A stretch of 64,000 nt of DNA from Phycisphaerae bacterium (GTDB taxonomy: Bacteria > Planctomycetota > Phycisphaerae > SM23-33): the NCBI GenBank assembly GCA_049510055.1, contig JBEKZI010000002.1, positions 17,132 to 81,131 on the forward strand, given 5' to 3'. Of this stretch, positions 19,461 to 31,191 are shown piece after piece. Positions within the stretch are counted from its first letter, which is position 1. Each line of letters opens with the position of its first letter. A program made the position numbers and the translations under genes. Under the pieces are notes generated by a model. That model was given only the letters and a program-made list of their open reading frames with translations, was not told where the DNA came from and searched no databases.

Positions 19461-20687
19461 ATGTCCGCTCGCTCCATCGCCCAAGACCCGGCAGACTGGC
19501 GGACCTCGGTGGCGGTCGCCGCGCTGAACGAGCAGACCTTCATCCGTCTCGTGCTGAGCGGCCAGGTCGGTCCCGGCGCGCCGGGATCGCCGCGATGGAA
19601 AAAGGTTTCCGTCCGGCCGGTGCTCGTCCGCGGCCGGCGGTGCTGGCAATTCTCGTACTTCGACGCCGCCCGCAACGTCGTGGCCAACTTCACCCGCGCC
19701 AAGCTGGACAAGCCCCTGGCGGACGTCCTGGCCATGCCTTTCGGCCACGTCGAGGTGCAATCGACCGCCGGCGGCCTGCACATCCGCATCACGAAAAAGG
19801 GCAAGGTGCTGATGAGCCGCGGCAAGCCCGCCCCCGCGGCCGCCCCGGCCGACCTGGCCCACAACCGCCCCAAGGACTACCTGCTGCCGCCGGAAAGCCA
19901 CGGGCCGTTCCTGCGGGCCATCGGCGTGGCCGATAGCCGCGGGCAGGTCCGGCCGACCATGCAGGGCAAGTTCGCGCAGGTGAACGAGTTCTTGCGCGTC
20001 ATCGACCAGACGATCGCTCCGTTGGGCCGTGGCGGGCGGACTATTTCCATCGTCGATTGCGGCTGCGGCAGCGCGTACCTGACCTTCGCGGCGTTCCATT
20101 TTCTCCGCAATGTTCGCGGCCTGGACGTTCGTGTGGCCGGCATCGACGCCAAGGCCGATCTGGTCGCCAAGTGCGCGGCGCTGCAAAAGGAGCTGGGCTA
20201 CCAAGAGCTGGAGTTCTCCGCCTGCACCATCGCCGACTATGCCCCGCCCGGGCCGGTGGACGCGGTGCTCAGCCTGCACGCCTGCGACACGGCCACGGAT
20301 GAAGCTATCGCCCGCGGCGTGCAGTGGGGCAGTGCCGTCATCCTGGCCGCCCCGTGCTGCCAGCACGAGCTGCATCATCAGCTCAAGACGGAACTGTTCC
20401 GCCCGCTGCTGCGGCACGGCATCCTCCGCGAGCGCCTGGCTGACCTGCTGACCGACGCGTTCCGCGCGGCCGCCCTGCGAATCACGGGCTACCGCACGGC
20501 CGTGGTGGAGTTCGTCTCGCCGGAACACACGGCCAAGAATCTCCTGATTCGCGCCGAGGCGGGCCTCAAGCCCGGGGCGGCGGAATTCATCCGCGAATAC
20601 CAGGCCCTCCGCGACTTCTGGCAAGTCCGCCCGGCCATCGAGGAATTGCTGGGGGAATCTTTTCGTCATTTCCTGGCAGCAGACTAG
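19461..20687 (+). CDS. class I SAM-dependent methyltransferase
   Basis: Motif I (VDCGCGSAYLT) and downstream methyltransferase-fold motifs (DAVLSLHACDTATDEA). Length is 408 aa. Confidence 0.8.
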   Translation: MSARSIAQDPADWRTSVAVAALNEQTFIRLVLSGQVGPGAPGSPRWKKVSVRPVLVRGRRCWQFSYFDAARNVVANFTRAKLDKPLADVLAMPFGHVEVQSTAGGLHIRITKKGKVLMSRGKPAPAAAPADLAHNRPKDYLLPPESHGPFLRAIGVADSRGQVRPTMQGKFAQVNEFLRVIDQTIAPLGRGGRTISIVDCGCGSAYLTFAAFHFLRNVRGLDVRVAGIDAKADLVAKCAALQKELGYQELEFSACTIADYAPPGPVDAVLSLHACDTATDEAIARGVQWGSAVILAAPCCQHELHHQLKTELFRPLLRHGILRERLADLLTDAFRAAALRITGYRTAVVEFVSPEHTAKNLLIRAEAGLKPGAAEFIREYQALRDFWQVRPAIEELLGESFRHFLAAD

Positions 20688-20810
20688 TATTCCTCAGTGA
20701 TTGTCCGGTAATCCGGTTCCCTTCCGGCCGTTTCAGTTGACGGGCGCTGCTGCGGCGGTGTTTACTATCGCCGGAGCCGCCGGCGGATAGGCCAGACGAA
20801 AGGAATCGTG

Positions 20811-22697
20811 ATGAGATCGGGAAGAAAAACACTGCTCATCCTGGCGTGTGTGGTCGCGGTGGCCGTCGCCATCGTCGGCTGCGAGAAAAAGGCCGACCAT
20901 CAGCCGACTACTCAGCCGGTTCGACCTAGCTCATCGCAAGCGGCCGCCACGCAAGCTGTTTCGCCTACGGGCCAGCAAATCTTTCGGCCGCGGGGCGGCG
21001 GGCTGGCGGGCATCTTCGGCCCGGCCACGGCGGAGGGCTACAAGCCCGTCATCGGCCGATTCGGCGGGCGGATCGTCTTGGCCGCAATGGGGGAGCCCAA
21101 GACGTTCAATCCCATCGTCGCCAACGAGACCTCTAGCACCGACGTGGCCGGCTTGATGTGGGAAGGCCTGACCATCACCAATCCCTGGACGACGGAGGTG
21201 GAGGCCAACCTGGCGATCAGTTGGACGCACGACGATAGTGGCCTCGTCTGGACCATCCGCCTGCGCCCGGGCGTCCAGTGGTCCGATGGCAAGCCTTTCA
21301 CGGCGGACGACGTGGTATTCACCTACCAGACCCTCTACGACCCCAACATCAGTGCGCCAATGCGCGACCTGCTGAGCGGGCCGCACGGGGAGAAGTGGAA
21401 GGTCGAAAAAATCGACGACCTGACGGTGCGCTTCACGCTGTTCCAGAAAAACGCCATCTTTCCCGAGCTGATCGGCCAGGCGATCATCCCGCGGCACGCC
21501 TTCAAGCCGCTGGTGGACGGCGGGCGGTTCGACGCGGCCCTGGGGACCGACACGCCGCCGGAGAAGTTCGTGGGCACCGGCCCGTTCCTGCTGGCCCGCT
21601 ACGAGATCGGCAACCGCGTCGTCATGAAGCGCAACCCGCTGTACTGGCGGACCAACGCCGCCGGCCAGCGCCTGCCGTATCTGGACGAGATGGTCTTTGT
21701 CACCGTGCCCGACTTCAACGTGCAGATGCTGAAGTTCCAGAATGGCGAGGTGGACGTGCTTCAGATGCGGCCGGCGGATTTCCCCATCCTGGCTAGCCAG
21801 CGCCACGCCGACTTCGACCTCTATCGCCTCGGCCCGCGCCTGGGCTGCTTCTTTCTGTTCTTCAACCAAAACAGCGGCTCGGACAAAGGCGGCAAGCCCT
21901 TCGTCGATCCGCGCAAGCTCACCTGGTTCCGCGACCCGCGCTTCCGCCAGGCCATGGCGTACGCCGTGGACCGCCGGAGCATCGTGAACGACGTCTTCAA
22001 CGGCCTGGCCTATCCTGAATACGCCGAATACCCCGACCAGCTCCACTTGCCGTTCGTCCCGCCGGATATGCCGCGGTTCGAATACAATCCCGCCAAGGCC
22101 AAGGCGCTATTGGCCGAGATGGGCCTGAAGGATCGCAACGGCGACGGCGTGCTGGAGGACGCCGACGGCCGGGCGGTGGAGTTCAACCTCACCACCAACG
22201 CCGAGAACACCGACCGCGTCAAGGTGGCCGAGGTCATCCGCAAGGACCTGGAGAACCTGGGCATTCGCGTGAACTTCCGCCCGATGGCCTTCAACACGCT
22301 GGTCAGCAAGCTGGACGCCACCTTCGACTGGGAGGCCTGCCTGATGGGCCTGACGACCAGCCTGGACCCGCACTTCGGCGCCAACGTGTGGCTCAGCAGC
22401 GGGCAGACCCACATGTGGTTCCCCCAGCAGAAAACGCCCTCGACGAAATGGGAGGCGGAGATCGACAAGGTCTTCGCCGAAGGCATCCAGGAGCTGGACC
22501 CGCAGACGCGCGCGAAGATTTATTGGCGCTACCAGGAAATCGCCGCCGAGGAGCAGCCGCTGATCTACATCGTGACGCAGGAGGGCCTGGTCGCGATCCG
22601 CACCAAGTTCGCCAACGTCTTTCCCACGGGCCTGACGGCCATGCCGCAGTGGGGCGTGCTGAACCATCTGGAGGAGATTTACATTAAGGCGGATTAG
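20811..22697 (+). CDS. ABC transporter substrate-binding protein, family 5 (peptide/nickel, DppA/OppA-like)
   Basis: Lipoprotein-type signal peptide (LILACVVAVAVAIVGC) followed by an SBP_bac_5 domain. It is the first gene of a 5-gene ABC operon. Confidence 0.9.
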   Translation: MRSGRKTLLILACVVAVAVAIVGCEKKADHQPTTQPVRPSSSQAAATQAVSPTGQQIFRPRGGGLAGIFGPATAEGYKPVIGRFGGRIVLAAMGEPKTFNPIVANETSSTDVAGLMWEGLTITNPWTTEVEANLAISWTHDDSGLVWTIRLRPGVQWSDGKPFTADDVVFTYQTLYDPNISAPMRDLLSGPHGEKWKVEKIDDLTVRFTLFQKNAIFPELIGQAIIPRHAFKPLVDGGRFDAALGTDTPPEKFVGTGPFLLARYEIGNRVVMKRNPLYWRTNAAGQRLPYLDEMVFVTVPDFNVQMLKFQNGEVDVLQMRPADFPILASQRHADFDLYRLGPRLGCFFLFFNQNSGSDKGGKPFVDPRKLTWFRDPRFRQAMAYAVDRRSIVNDVFNGLAYPEYAEYPDQLHLPFVPPDMPRFEYNPAKAKALLAEMGLKDRNGDGVLEDADGRAVEFNLTTNAENTDRVKVAEVIRKDLENLGIRVNFRPMAFNTLVSKLDATFDWEACLMGLTTSLDPHFGANVWLSSGQTHMWFPQQKTPSTKWEAEIDKVFAEGIQELDPQTRAKIYWRYQEIAAEEQPLIYIVTQEGLVAIRTKFANVFPTGLTAMPQWGVLNHLEEIYIKAD

Positions 22698-22706
22698 AAG
22701 GACGCC

Positions 22707-23675
22707 ATGGGCGCGTACATCGTTCGGCGCATCCTGATTACGCTGGTGATGCTGCTGGCGGCTTCGGTGCTGGGCTTCGGCGTCATGAAGCTCACGCCGG
22801 GCAATTATTTTCAGCGCCTGTTGCAGGACCCGCGGATCAACCGGACCTACGTCGAGCAGGAAATCGCCAAGCGCGGGCTGAACAAGCCCGTGACCCAACA
22901 ATACGGCCTGTGGCTGTGGCGGTTGGGGCACGGGGACATGGGGACGAGCTTCATCCACAACCAGCCGGTCGCGAAGGTCATCGGCAGCCGGCTGATCAAC
23001 ACGCTGGTCATGAACCTGGCCGCCATCACGGTCACCTGGGTGCTGGCCATCCCGCTGGGCATCTACGCGGCCGTGCACCAGTACCGCTGGTCCGACAAGC
23101 TGCTCAGCGGCCTGAGCTTCGTGGGCATGAGCACGCCGGGCTTCTTTCTGGCCTTGCTGCTGATGTGGATTTTCTCGGGGCTACTGGGCCTGCTGCCGGC
23201 CGGCGGGCTGACCGGCGTGGACCACGACAGGCTCTCCGTCGCGGGCAAGTTGGCCGATTACGCCGCCCACCTGGCCATCCCGACCGTCGTGCTGTCGGTG
23301 GGCGCATTGGCCAGCCTCCAGCGGATCACGCGGGGCAACATGCTGGAGGTGCTCCGCCAGCAGTACATCGTCACCGCCCGCGCCAAGGGGCTCAGCGAGC
23401 GGCGGGTGATCTACCGCCACGCGCTCCGCAACGCGATCAATCCGCTGATCACGATCTTCGGCTACGAATTCGCCGGCCTGTTCAGCGGGGCGGCGCTGAT
23501 GGAAATCATCCTGAACTATCCCGGCATGGGCATGCTCATGTACGACTCCATCCAGGCCAAGGACGAGCCGATGGTCATGGCCGGGTTCCTGATGGGCGCG
23601 ATGATGCTGCTGCTGGGCAATCTCCTGGCCGACGTCCTGCTGGCCGTCGTCGACCCGAGGATCAGCTACCGGTAA
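22707..23675 (+). CDS. ABC transporter permease (DppB/OppB-like)
   Basis: Six TM helices and a BPD_transp_1 signature (ITARAKGLSERRVIYRHALRNA). Confidence 0.9.
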   Translation: MGAYIVRRILITLVMLLAASVLGFGVMKLTPGNYFQRLLQDPRINRTYVEQEIAKRGLNKPVTQQYGLWLWRLGHGDMGTSFIHNQPVAKVIGSRLINTLVMNLAAITVTWVLAIPLGIYAAVHQYRWSDKLLSGLSFVGMSTPGFFLALLLMWIFSGLLGLLPAGGLTGVDHDRLSVAGKLADYAAHLAIPTVVLSVGALASLQRITRGNMLEVLRQQYIVTARAKGLSERRVIYRHALRNAINPLITIFGYEFAGLFSGAALMEIILNYPGMGMLMYDSIQAKDEPMVMAGFLMGAMMLLLGNLLADVLLAVVDPRISYR

Positions 23676-23680
23676 GAACC

Positions 23681-24804
23681 ATGGCCAAAGAAACGTTCCA
23701 CGACGAGACGGCGGTGATGGCAGAGGCCATGGGGCCTTGGAAGCTGGCCTGGCGCCAGCTTTGCAGGCATCGCCTGGCCGTCTGGGCCGGGCGAATCCTC
23801 GTGGCCATGTATCTCATCATGCTGCTGGACGGTTTCCTGTGTCCCTACGATTACGACTCCCAGCGGCGCGACCACGCCTACCATCCGCCCAGCCGGCTGC
23901 ACGTCTTCGACGCGCAGGGCCGGTTCCATCTCCGCCCGTTCGTCTACGGCAGCGGCTACACTTTCGATCCCGTCACGTTCGAGCGGCGATGGACGGAGGA
24001 CCCCGGTCAGATTTATCCGCTGCGATTTTTTGCCGCCGGCGACTCGACGACGATGCTGCTGAGCCTGATTCCGATTCATTGGCACTTGTTCGGCGTGGAC
24101 GCCCCCGGGCGGCTGTACCTGCTGGGGGCCGACTACAACGGCCGCGACATCTTCAGCCGGCTGATCTTCGCCGGCCGCGTCAGCCTGACCATCGGCCTGG
24201 TGGGCACGACCATCAGCATGGTCATCGGCATGCTCATCGGCGGGCTCAGCGGCACCCTCGGCGGCTGGGGCGACAATCTCATCCAGCGCCTCTGCGAGCT
24301 GATCATGCTCATCCCCGGCCTGTACACGTTGATGATCCTATACAACGCCCTGCCCGCGGGGCTCAGCAGCGTGCAGGTGTACTTCGGGGTGGTGGTGATC
24401 CTGGCCTTCATCGGCTGGGCGAGCCTGGCGCGGATCATCCGCGGCATGGTGCTGAGCATCAAGACCAGCGACTTCGTGACGGCCGCCCGGGCCGCGGGCG
24501 TCGGCCCTTGGCGGATCCTGGTCCGCCACGTGCTGCCCGGCACGTTCAGCTACGCCATCGTGGCCGCCTCGCTGAGTATTCCGGCCTACATCCTGGGCGA
24601 GAGCGGCCTGAGCCTCATCGGCATGGGCATTCAGGACCCCACGCCCAGCTGGGGCAACATGCTCCACGATGCCGTCAACATCGCCGAGTTGACCAAGCAT
24701 CCCTGGCTGCTGTGGCCGGGGGCGGCGATCTTCGTCACCGTGATGGCCTTCAACTTCCTGGGCGACGGCCTGCGCGACGCCCTGGACCCGCGCATGAGGA
24801 CGTC

Positions 24805-24808
<4 letters not shown>
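23681..24808 (+). CDS. ABC transporter permease (DppC/OppC-like)
   Basis: In frame within the fused ORF 22910..24808. The true ATG is at 23681 (MAKETFHDE...), giving a DppC-type permease with the EAA motif region. Confidence 0.9.
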
Positions 24809-25840
<1,032 letters not shown>

Positions 25841-25848
<8 letters not shown>

Positions 25849-26899
25849 CGCCGGCGGCGACATCCTCCTGAAGGTCGAAGGGCTGCGGACGTACTTCCCC
25901 GTCCGCCGCGGCCTGTTTTCGCGCGTCCACAATTACGTCCGCGCGGTGGACGGCGTGGACCTGACCGTCCGCCGCGGCCGAACGCTGGGGCTGGTGGGCG
26001 AGAGCGGCTCGGGCAAGACCACCGTGGGCCGGACGCTCCTGCGGCTGATGCCGGCCACGGCGGGGCGGGTGATCTTCGACGGCGTGGACGTGTTTTCGCT
26101 GCGGCGCCGGCCGCTGCGAAGCCTGCGGCGGCGGATGCAGATGATCTTCCAGGACCCCGTCGGCTCGCTGAACCCGCGCATGTCGGTGGGGGACATCGTG
26201 GCCGAGCCGCTGGCGGTGCATCACATCGTGCCGCGCCGCCAGCGCCGCCGGCGCGTCGCGGAGATGCTGGAGCGCGTGGGCCTGTCGCCCGAACACGCCA
26301 ACCGCTATCCGCACGAATTTTCCGGCGGCCAGCGGCAGCGGGTCGGCGTCGCGCGGGCGCTGGCGACCGGGCCGGACCTCATCGTGGCCGACGAGCCGGT
26401 CAGCGCCCTGGACGTGTCCATCCAGGCCCAGGTGCTCAATCTGCTGGGCGACCTCCAGGCGGAGATGGGCCTGGCGTACCTGTTCATCGCGCACAACCTG
26501 GCCGTCGTGGAGCACTTTGCCGACGAGGTGGCCGTGATGTACCTGGGGAAAATCGTCGAGCAGGCCTCGCGCGACGCCCTCTACGCCCGGCCGACTCATC
26601 CGTACACGCGGGCGCTGCTGTCGGCCGTGCCGCAGCCGGTCCCCGGCCGGCCGAAGCAGACCATACGCCTGGCGGGGGAAGTCCCCTCGCCGATCAATCC
26701 GCCGCCTGGATGTGCGTTCCATCCCCGCTGCCCGCTGACGCGCCAATTGGCTGAAGATACCGACGCCGGCCGGACGGTGACGATCCTCAGCGAGGGCGAG
26801 CCGGTGCGCATTCTGGCCCGTTGCATGACCGAGCAGCCGCGATTGCTCCCCATCCCCGACGACCCCACGCATTGCCACGCGTGCATGATTCAGCAGTAA
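25841..26899 (+). CDS. ABC transporter ATP-binding protein (DppF/OppF-like)
   Basis: Walker [10 protein letters not shown], signature FSGGQRQRV, and a C-terminal Cys-rich tail. Confidence 0.9.
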
Positions 26900-26955
26900 T
26901 CGCGAGTCGCGAATCTCGAATTGTTTTTCGACCTCCGACCTTCGACCTCCGAACT

Positions 26956-28032
26956 TTATTTCTCCCCCAGCGTCTCCAGAATCCGCAAGTAGCTCTCATA
27001 GCGTCGCGGGCGGATCATATTCGCCTCCACGGCCGCCCGGACGGCGCAATCCGGCTCGTGGGTGTGCGTGCAATCGCGGAAGTGGCAACTGGGGGCGTAC
27101 GCGTCGAACTCCGGGAAGTACCACGGCAGTTCGGCGGCCGCCAGGTCGACGCCCAGCTCGCGCACGCCGGGGGTGTCGACGACCAGCCCCCCGGCCGGGG
27201 GCGGCAGGTCGTAGATGCGGGCCGCGGCGGTGGTGTGCCGCCCGCGCTCGTCTCGCATGCGGATGGGCCGCGTGGCGGCGGCCGCGTCGGGAATCAGGGC
27301 GTTGATCAGCGTGCTCTTGCCCACGCCCGATGCCCCGGCCAGCACGGTCCGCCGGCCGGTCAGCGCCGCACGCAGTTCCTCCAGGCCCGCGCCCGTCAGG
27401 GCCGAGCAGAGGATCGTCTTCAGCCCCAGGTCGTCGAATCCTGCCAGGGTCGCCTTGGGCGGCTTGGCCAGGTCGATCTTGTTGATCGCCAGCAGCGGGC
27501 GCAGCTCGCCGCGCTCGGCCACGATGAGAAAGCGGTCCACCACGGCCGCCCGGAGCGCCGGCTGGCGCACCGACATCACAATCAGCAACTGGTCCACGTT
27601 GGCGACCAGGACCTTCTCCAGATGCTGCGTTTCGTACTTGTCGAACCGCTTGGCCGATCGCGGCTGGGGGCGCACCAGCGCGCTGGATCGCGGCTGGCGG
27701 GCCAGGATCATGCCGTCGGCGCGGTCTTTGTCGCCGCCGGCGGCGCTGACGTGCTCCCGCAGAGTTAATGCGACCGTCACGACGTCGCCGACGGCCAGGG
27801 CGCTGGAACCTTCCGGCGCGCGGAACGTCTTGACGATGCCGCACAATAGCGCCCGCCCCTGGATCCGCACGATCGCCCCGCCGGGGAAAAAGCCCATGAC
27901 CAGCCCCTCGGCCTTGGGCAGGCCTTCCAGGTTTTCCTGCGGCGCCTCCAGGCGGTGGGCGGGCAGCTTTACCTCGCGGCGGGCAGACCTGCGCTGAGAC
28001 GTGGTCCTGTCGGCCACGTCATCGCTGGACAT
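26956..28032 (-). CDS. rsgA: ribosome small subunit-dependent GTPase A
   Basis: OB-fold N-terminus and a circularly permuted GTPase domain (NKIDL...GASGVGKSTLINAL...DTPG), with a C-terminal zinc-finger CHFRDCTHTHEPDC. The ATG at 28032 is preferred; a GTG at 28086 is the alternative. Confidence 0.85.
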   Translation of the reverse strand: MSSDDVADRTTSQRRSARREVKLPAHRLEAPQENLEGLPKAEGLVMGFFPGGAIVRIQGRALLCGIVKTFRAPEGSSALAVGDVVTVALTLREHVSAAGGDKDRADGMILARQPRSSALVRPQPRSAKRFDKYETQHLEKVLVANVDQLLIVMSVRQPALRAAVVDRFLIVAERGELRPLLAINKIDLAKPPKATLAGFDDLGLKTILCSALTGAGLEELRAALTGRRTVLAGASGVGKSTLINALIPDAAAATRPIRMRDERGRHTTAAARIYDLPPPAGGLVVDTPGVRELGVDLAAAELPWYFPEFDAYAPSCHFRDCTHTHEPDCAVRAAVEANMIRPRRYESYLRILETLGEK

Positions 28033-28101
28033 AGCGTTTTGCCAATCCTTGATGCGATGCTGAGATTTTCCTTTGTGTCGAGCCACGGTTGATCTCGGTG
28101 T

Positions 28102-28968
28102 CTATGTTCGGCTATGAGTAGCGCACCGCACCAGCGAGCGAAGCAGGCGCGCATTGATCAGGTCCCACGCCCGGCCGCGATTGTCAAGGCCCTTGGGCGT
28201 TTCAAGAAGCCCTGCTACGGCGGCCAGGCGGGGATCGTTGACGAAATTTGCGAATCCCCGCCGGCCGATTTGCCCGCGGCCAATGTGGACGTGGCGGTCC
28301 AGCCTGCTACCCAGCGGGCCCAGCGAATCGTTCAGGTGCACGGCCCCCAGGCGGTCGGGGCCGATGACGCGGTCGAATTCGGCCATCGTCTGCCGGTAAG
28401 CCTGCGGCGTGCGGACGTCGTACCCGGCGGCGAAGACGTGGCAGGTGTCCAGGCACACGCCGAACCGCTCGCCTTGCTCCAGCAGGGCCAGGATGTCCGC
28501 CAGCTCCCCGAATGTTCCGCCGATGGTGTGGCCTGCCCCGGCGGTGGTTTCCAGCAGTATCCGCGGGGAAGGGTGCGGGCAGGCAGCCATGATCCGGTTG
28601 AGCGCCTCGGCGATGCGCCGGATACCTTCCTGCCGGTCGGGGCAGGAGCCGGGATGGATGACCAGGGCGTCGATCCCCAGCCGTCCGCAGCGGTCCAGTT
28701 CCTCGGCCGTGGCGGCCAGTGATTTTTGGCGGACTTCCTGCTCGCCGGCCAGGTTCACCAGGTACGAGCCGTGCGCCACGACCGGCCCGATTTCCAATTC
28801 CCGCCGCGTCCGCCGGAAAAGCTGGGCGGCCCGGGCCGTCAGCGGCGGCGCCGACCACTGCCGCTGATTGCGGACGAACATGGCCAGGGCGTCGAAGCCG
28901 TATTCACGGGCGCGGACCAGCGCCTGCTCCAACCCGCCGGCAATGCTCATGTGGGCGCCCAAAAGCAT
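28102..28968 (-). CDS. nfo: deoxyribonuclease IV (endonuclease IV, AP endonuclease)
   Basis: AP_endonuc_2 TIM-barrel motifs (GAHMSIAGG, LLETPKG) with conserved His and Asp metal ligands. Confidence 0.9.
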   Translation of the reverse strand: MLLGAHMSIAGGLEQALVRAREYGFDALAMFVRNQRQWSAPPLTARAAQLFRRTRRELEIGPVVAHGSYLVNLAGEQEVRQKSLAATAEELDRCGRLGIDALVIHPGSCPDRQEGIRRIAEALNRIMAACPHPSPRILLETTAGAGHTIGGTFGELADILALLEQGERFGVCLDTCHVFAAGYDVRTPQAYRQTMAEFDRVIGPDRLGAVHLNDSLGPLGSRLDRHVHIGRGQIGRRGFANFVNDPRLAAVAGLLETPKGLDNRGRAWDLINARLLRSLVRCATHSRT

Positions 28969-29078
28969 GGCCGGATTTTACACAAGGGGCGGGTCGGGCG
29001 ACATCGCCGGCTGTTTCGGCTGGTTTCGGTGGACAGCGCCGGCGGCTATGATGGTGGTGGCAAGGCGGGGCGGAACCC

Positions 29079-29501
29079 ATGGCCAAGAGCTACGAGACGA
29101 TCGACCACCCGGCCGACGCCGGTCTGGAGGCCCGGGCCGACACGCTGGCGGAACTGCTGGAGGCGTTGGCCGAGGGCATGGCCGAGCTCATCTGTCCGCC
29201 GTCGTCGGTCGCTCCGGCGGCCTGGCGGACCGTGGCCGTCGTGGCCGAGGACCTGGAGGCTGCGGCCGTAGACTTCCTCAGCGCCGTCCTGAAGGTCATC
29301 CAGGTGGAGCACTTCATGGTGGCGCAGGTGAGCGTGCGCGAAGCCACGGGGAACGCCTTGTCGGCGGAGGTGGCGGGGGAGCCTTACGACCCCGCCAAGC
29401 ACGAGTTGGCGCGGGAGATCAAGGCCGTGACGTATCATCAATTGAAGATCGCCCGCGGCGAGGACGGCCGGTGGTTCGGCCGGGTCATCTTCGACCTGTG
29501 A
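29079..29501 (+). CDS. archease (RtcB activator)
   Basis: 140 aa. Conserved N-terminal ETIDHPADAGLEA and C-terminal YHQLKI...GRVIFDL motifs. Confidence 0.85.
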   Translation: MAKSYETIDHPADAGLEARADTLAELLEALAEGMAELICPPSSVAPAAWRTVAVVAEDLEAAAVDFLSAVLKVIQVEHFMVAQVSVREATGNALSAEVAGEPYDPAKHELAREIKAVTYHQLKIARGEDGRWFGRVIFDL

Positions 29502-29509
29502 GGTGCGCC

Positions 29510-30976
29510 ATGGCCATGACCAAAAAATTCCAAGGTCCCATCGAGCCGATCGACGCCAACCGCTGGCGGATTCCCAAAAGCTGGCGGGCCGACATGCGCG
29601 TGGACGGCATCCTTTATTGCAGCCGCGAGCTCATCGACGACGCCCTGAACGGCGGCGGCTGCGATCAGGTGGCCAACGTCGCGACGCTGCCGGGCATCGT
29701 GACGGCCTCGATGGCCATGCCGGACATCCATTGGGGGTACGGTTTTCCCATCGGCGGCGTGGCCGCGACGGACGTCGAAGCCGGCGGCGTGATCTCGCCC
29801 GGCGGCGTGGGGTACGACATCAACTGCGGCGTGCGCCTGCTGCGGAGCGACCTGACGGCCCAGGACGTTCGGCCGCGGCTGAAGGAGCTGGTGGACCAGC
29901 TTTTCCGCGACATGCCGGCCGGCGTGGGCGTCGGCGGACCGTTTCAGTTCTCCGGCGGCGAGATCGCCAAGATTCTGGCCGGCGGATCGCGCTATCTGGT
30001 CAGCCGGGGCCTGGCGAGCGAGGAGGACCTGGCCGCGACGGAATCGGGCGGCTGCCTGGACGACGCCGACCCCGACGCCGTCTCCAAGGAGGCCTGCCAT
30101 CGCGGGGCCGACCAGTGCGGCACGCTGGGCAGCGGCAACCACTTCGCGGAGGTGCAGGTGGTGGACCACGTCTTTGACCGCGACGCGGCGGAGGCCTGGG
30201 GCTTGGCCGAGGGCCAGGTAACCTTCATGATCCACTGCGGCAGCCGCGGCCTGGGCCACCAGGTGTGCGAGGACTACATCCGCGCCCTGCGGACCGTCCC
30301 GGCCCAGTACGGCATCACGCTGCCGGACCGCCAGCTGGTCTGCGCGCCGGTGGACAGCCCCCCTGGCCGGCAATACCTGGGGGCGATGCGGGCGGCGGCC
30401 AACTTCGCCTGGGCCAACCGCCAGCTCCTGGTGCATATCCTGCGGGCGACGCTGGCGCGGTTTTTCGGCCGCTCGGCGGAGTCGCTGGGCCTGCGCCAGG
30501 TGTACGACGTGGCCCACAACATCGCCAAGCTCGAGACGCACGTGGTGGACGGCCTGCCGCGCAAGCTCTGCGTGCACCGCAAGGGCGCCACGCGAGCGTT
30601 CCCGGCGGGGCACGGTGAGCTGGCGCCGGCGTATCGCAAGACCGGCCAGCCGGTGCTGATCCCCGGCGACATGGGCCGGGCCAGTTACGTGCTGGTCGGC
30701 ACGGCCGGGGCCATGGAGCAGACCTTCGGCAGCACCTGCCACGGCGCCGGGCGCGTGATGAGCCGCCAGGCCGCCATCGCCCGCGCCCGTGGCCGGCGGA
30801 TCGACCAGGAACTGGCCGCTGTCGGCATCATCGCCCGGGCCCGCGGACGGACGGGCCTAGCCGAGGAGCAGCCCGAGGCCTACAAGGACGTGGACGCCGT
30901 GGTCGAGTGCGTCCACCAGGCGGGCTTGTCGCGCAAGGTCGCACGTTTGAAGCCCATGGGGGTCGTCAAAGGCTGA
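29510..30976 (+). CDS. rtcB: RNA-splicing ligase RtcB
   Basis: In frame inside the fused ORF 28868..30976. The true ATG at 29510 lies 9 nt after the archease stop. RtcB metal-binding motifs (DINCGVR, GSGNHF, HCGSRG, NHAG-like CHGAGR) are present. Confidence 0.95.
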   Translation: MAMTKKFQGPIEPIDANRWRIPKSWRADMRVDGILYCSRELIDDALNGGGCDQVANVATLPGIVTASMAMPDIHWGYGFPIGGVAATDVEAGGVISPGGVGYDINCGVRLLRSDLTAQDVRPRLKELVDQLFRDMPAGVGVGGPFQFSGGEIAKILAGGSRYLVSRGLASEEDLAATESGGCLDDADPDAVSKEACHRGADQCGTLGSGNHFAEVQVVDHVFDRDAAEAWGLAEGQVTFMIHCGSRGLGHQVCEDYIRALRTVPAQYGITLPDRQLVCAPVDSPPGRQYLGAMRAAANFAWANRQLLVHILRATLARFFGRSAESLGLRQVYDVAHNIAKLETHVVDGLPRKLCVHRKGATRAFPAGHGELAPAYRKTGQPVLIPGDMGRASYVLVGTAGAMEQTFGSTCHGAGRVMSRQAAIARARGRRIDQELAAVGIIARARGRTGLAEEQPEAYKDVDAVVECVHQAGLSRKVARLKPMGVVKG

Positions 30977-31191
30977 ACGCCCGCCGGATCCGCGGCCAGG
31001 CGTGCATTTCAAACGCTTGCATGCTTGCATAAAAGGAGGTCGTCCCTATACTAAACCGACGCGCGGTACGCAACGGTTTGGGTCGCGGGGAGAGTTTTAA
31101 CCAGGACCAGGACCGAGACCTGGATCGAGACCTGGACCCGAACCTGAATTTGAGCCCGCCGTAGGCGGGCCTGTAATTACGAGGAGCCGTC

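Noticed and set aside
19215-20669. 484-aa minus-strand ORF antisense to the methyltransferase gene
   Set aside because: Shadow ORF with Arg/Gly-rich junk translation. The plus-strand frame carries SAM-methyltransferase motifs.
20931-23078. Minus-strand ORFs 20931..22046 and 22107..23078 antisense to the ABC substrate-binding and permease genes
   Set aside because: Antisense shadows of well-supported transporter genes with clear family motifs.
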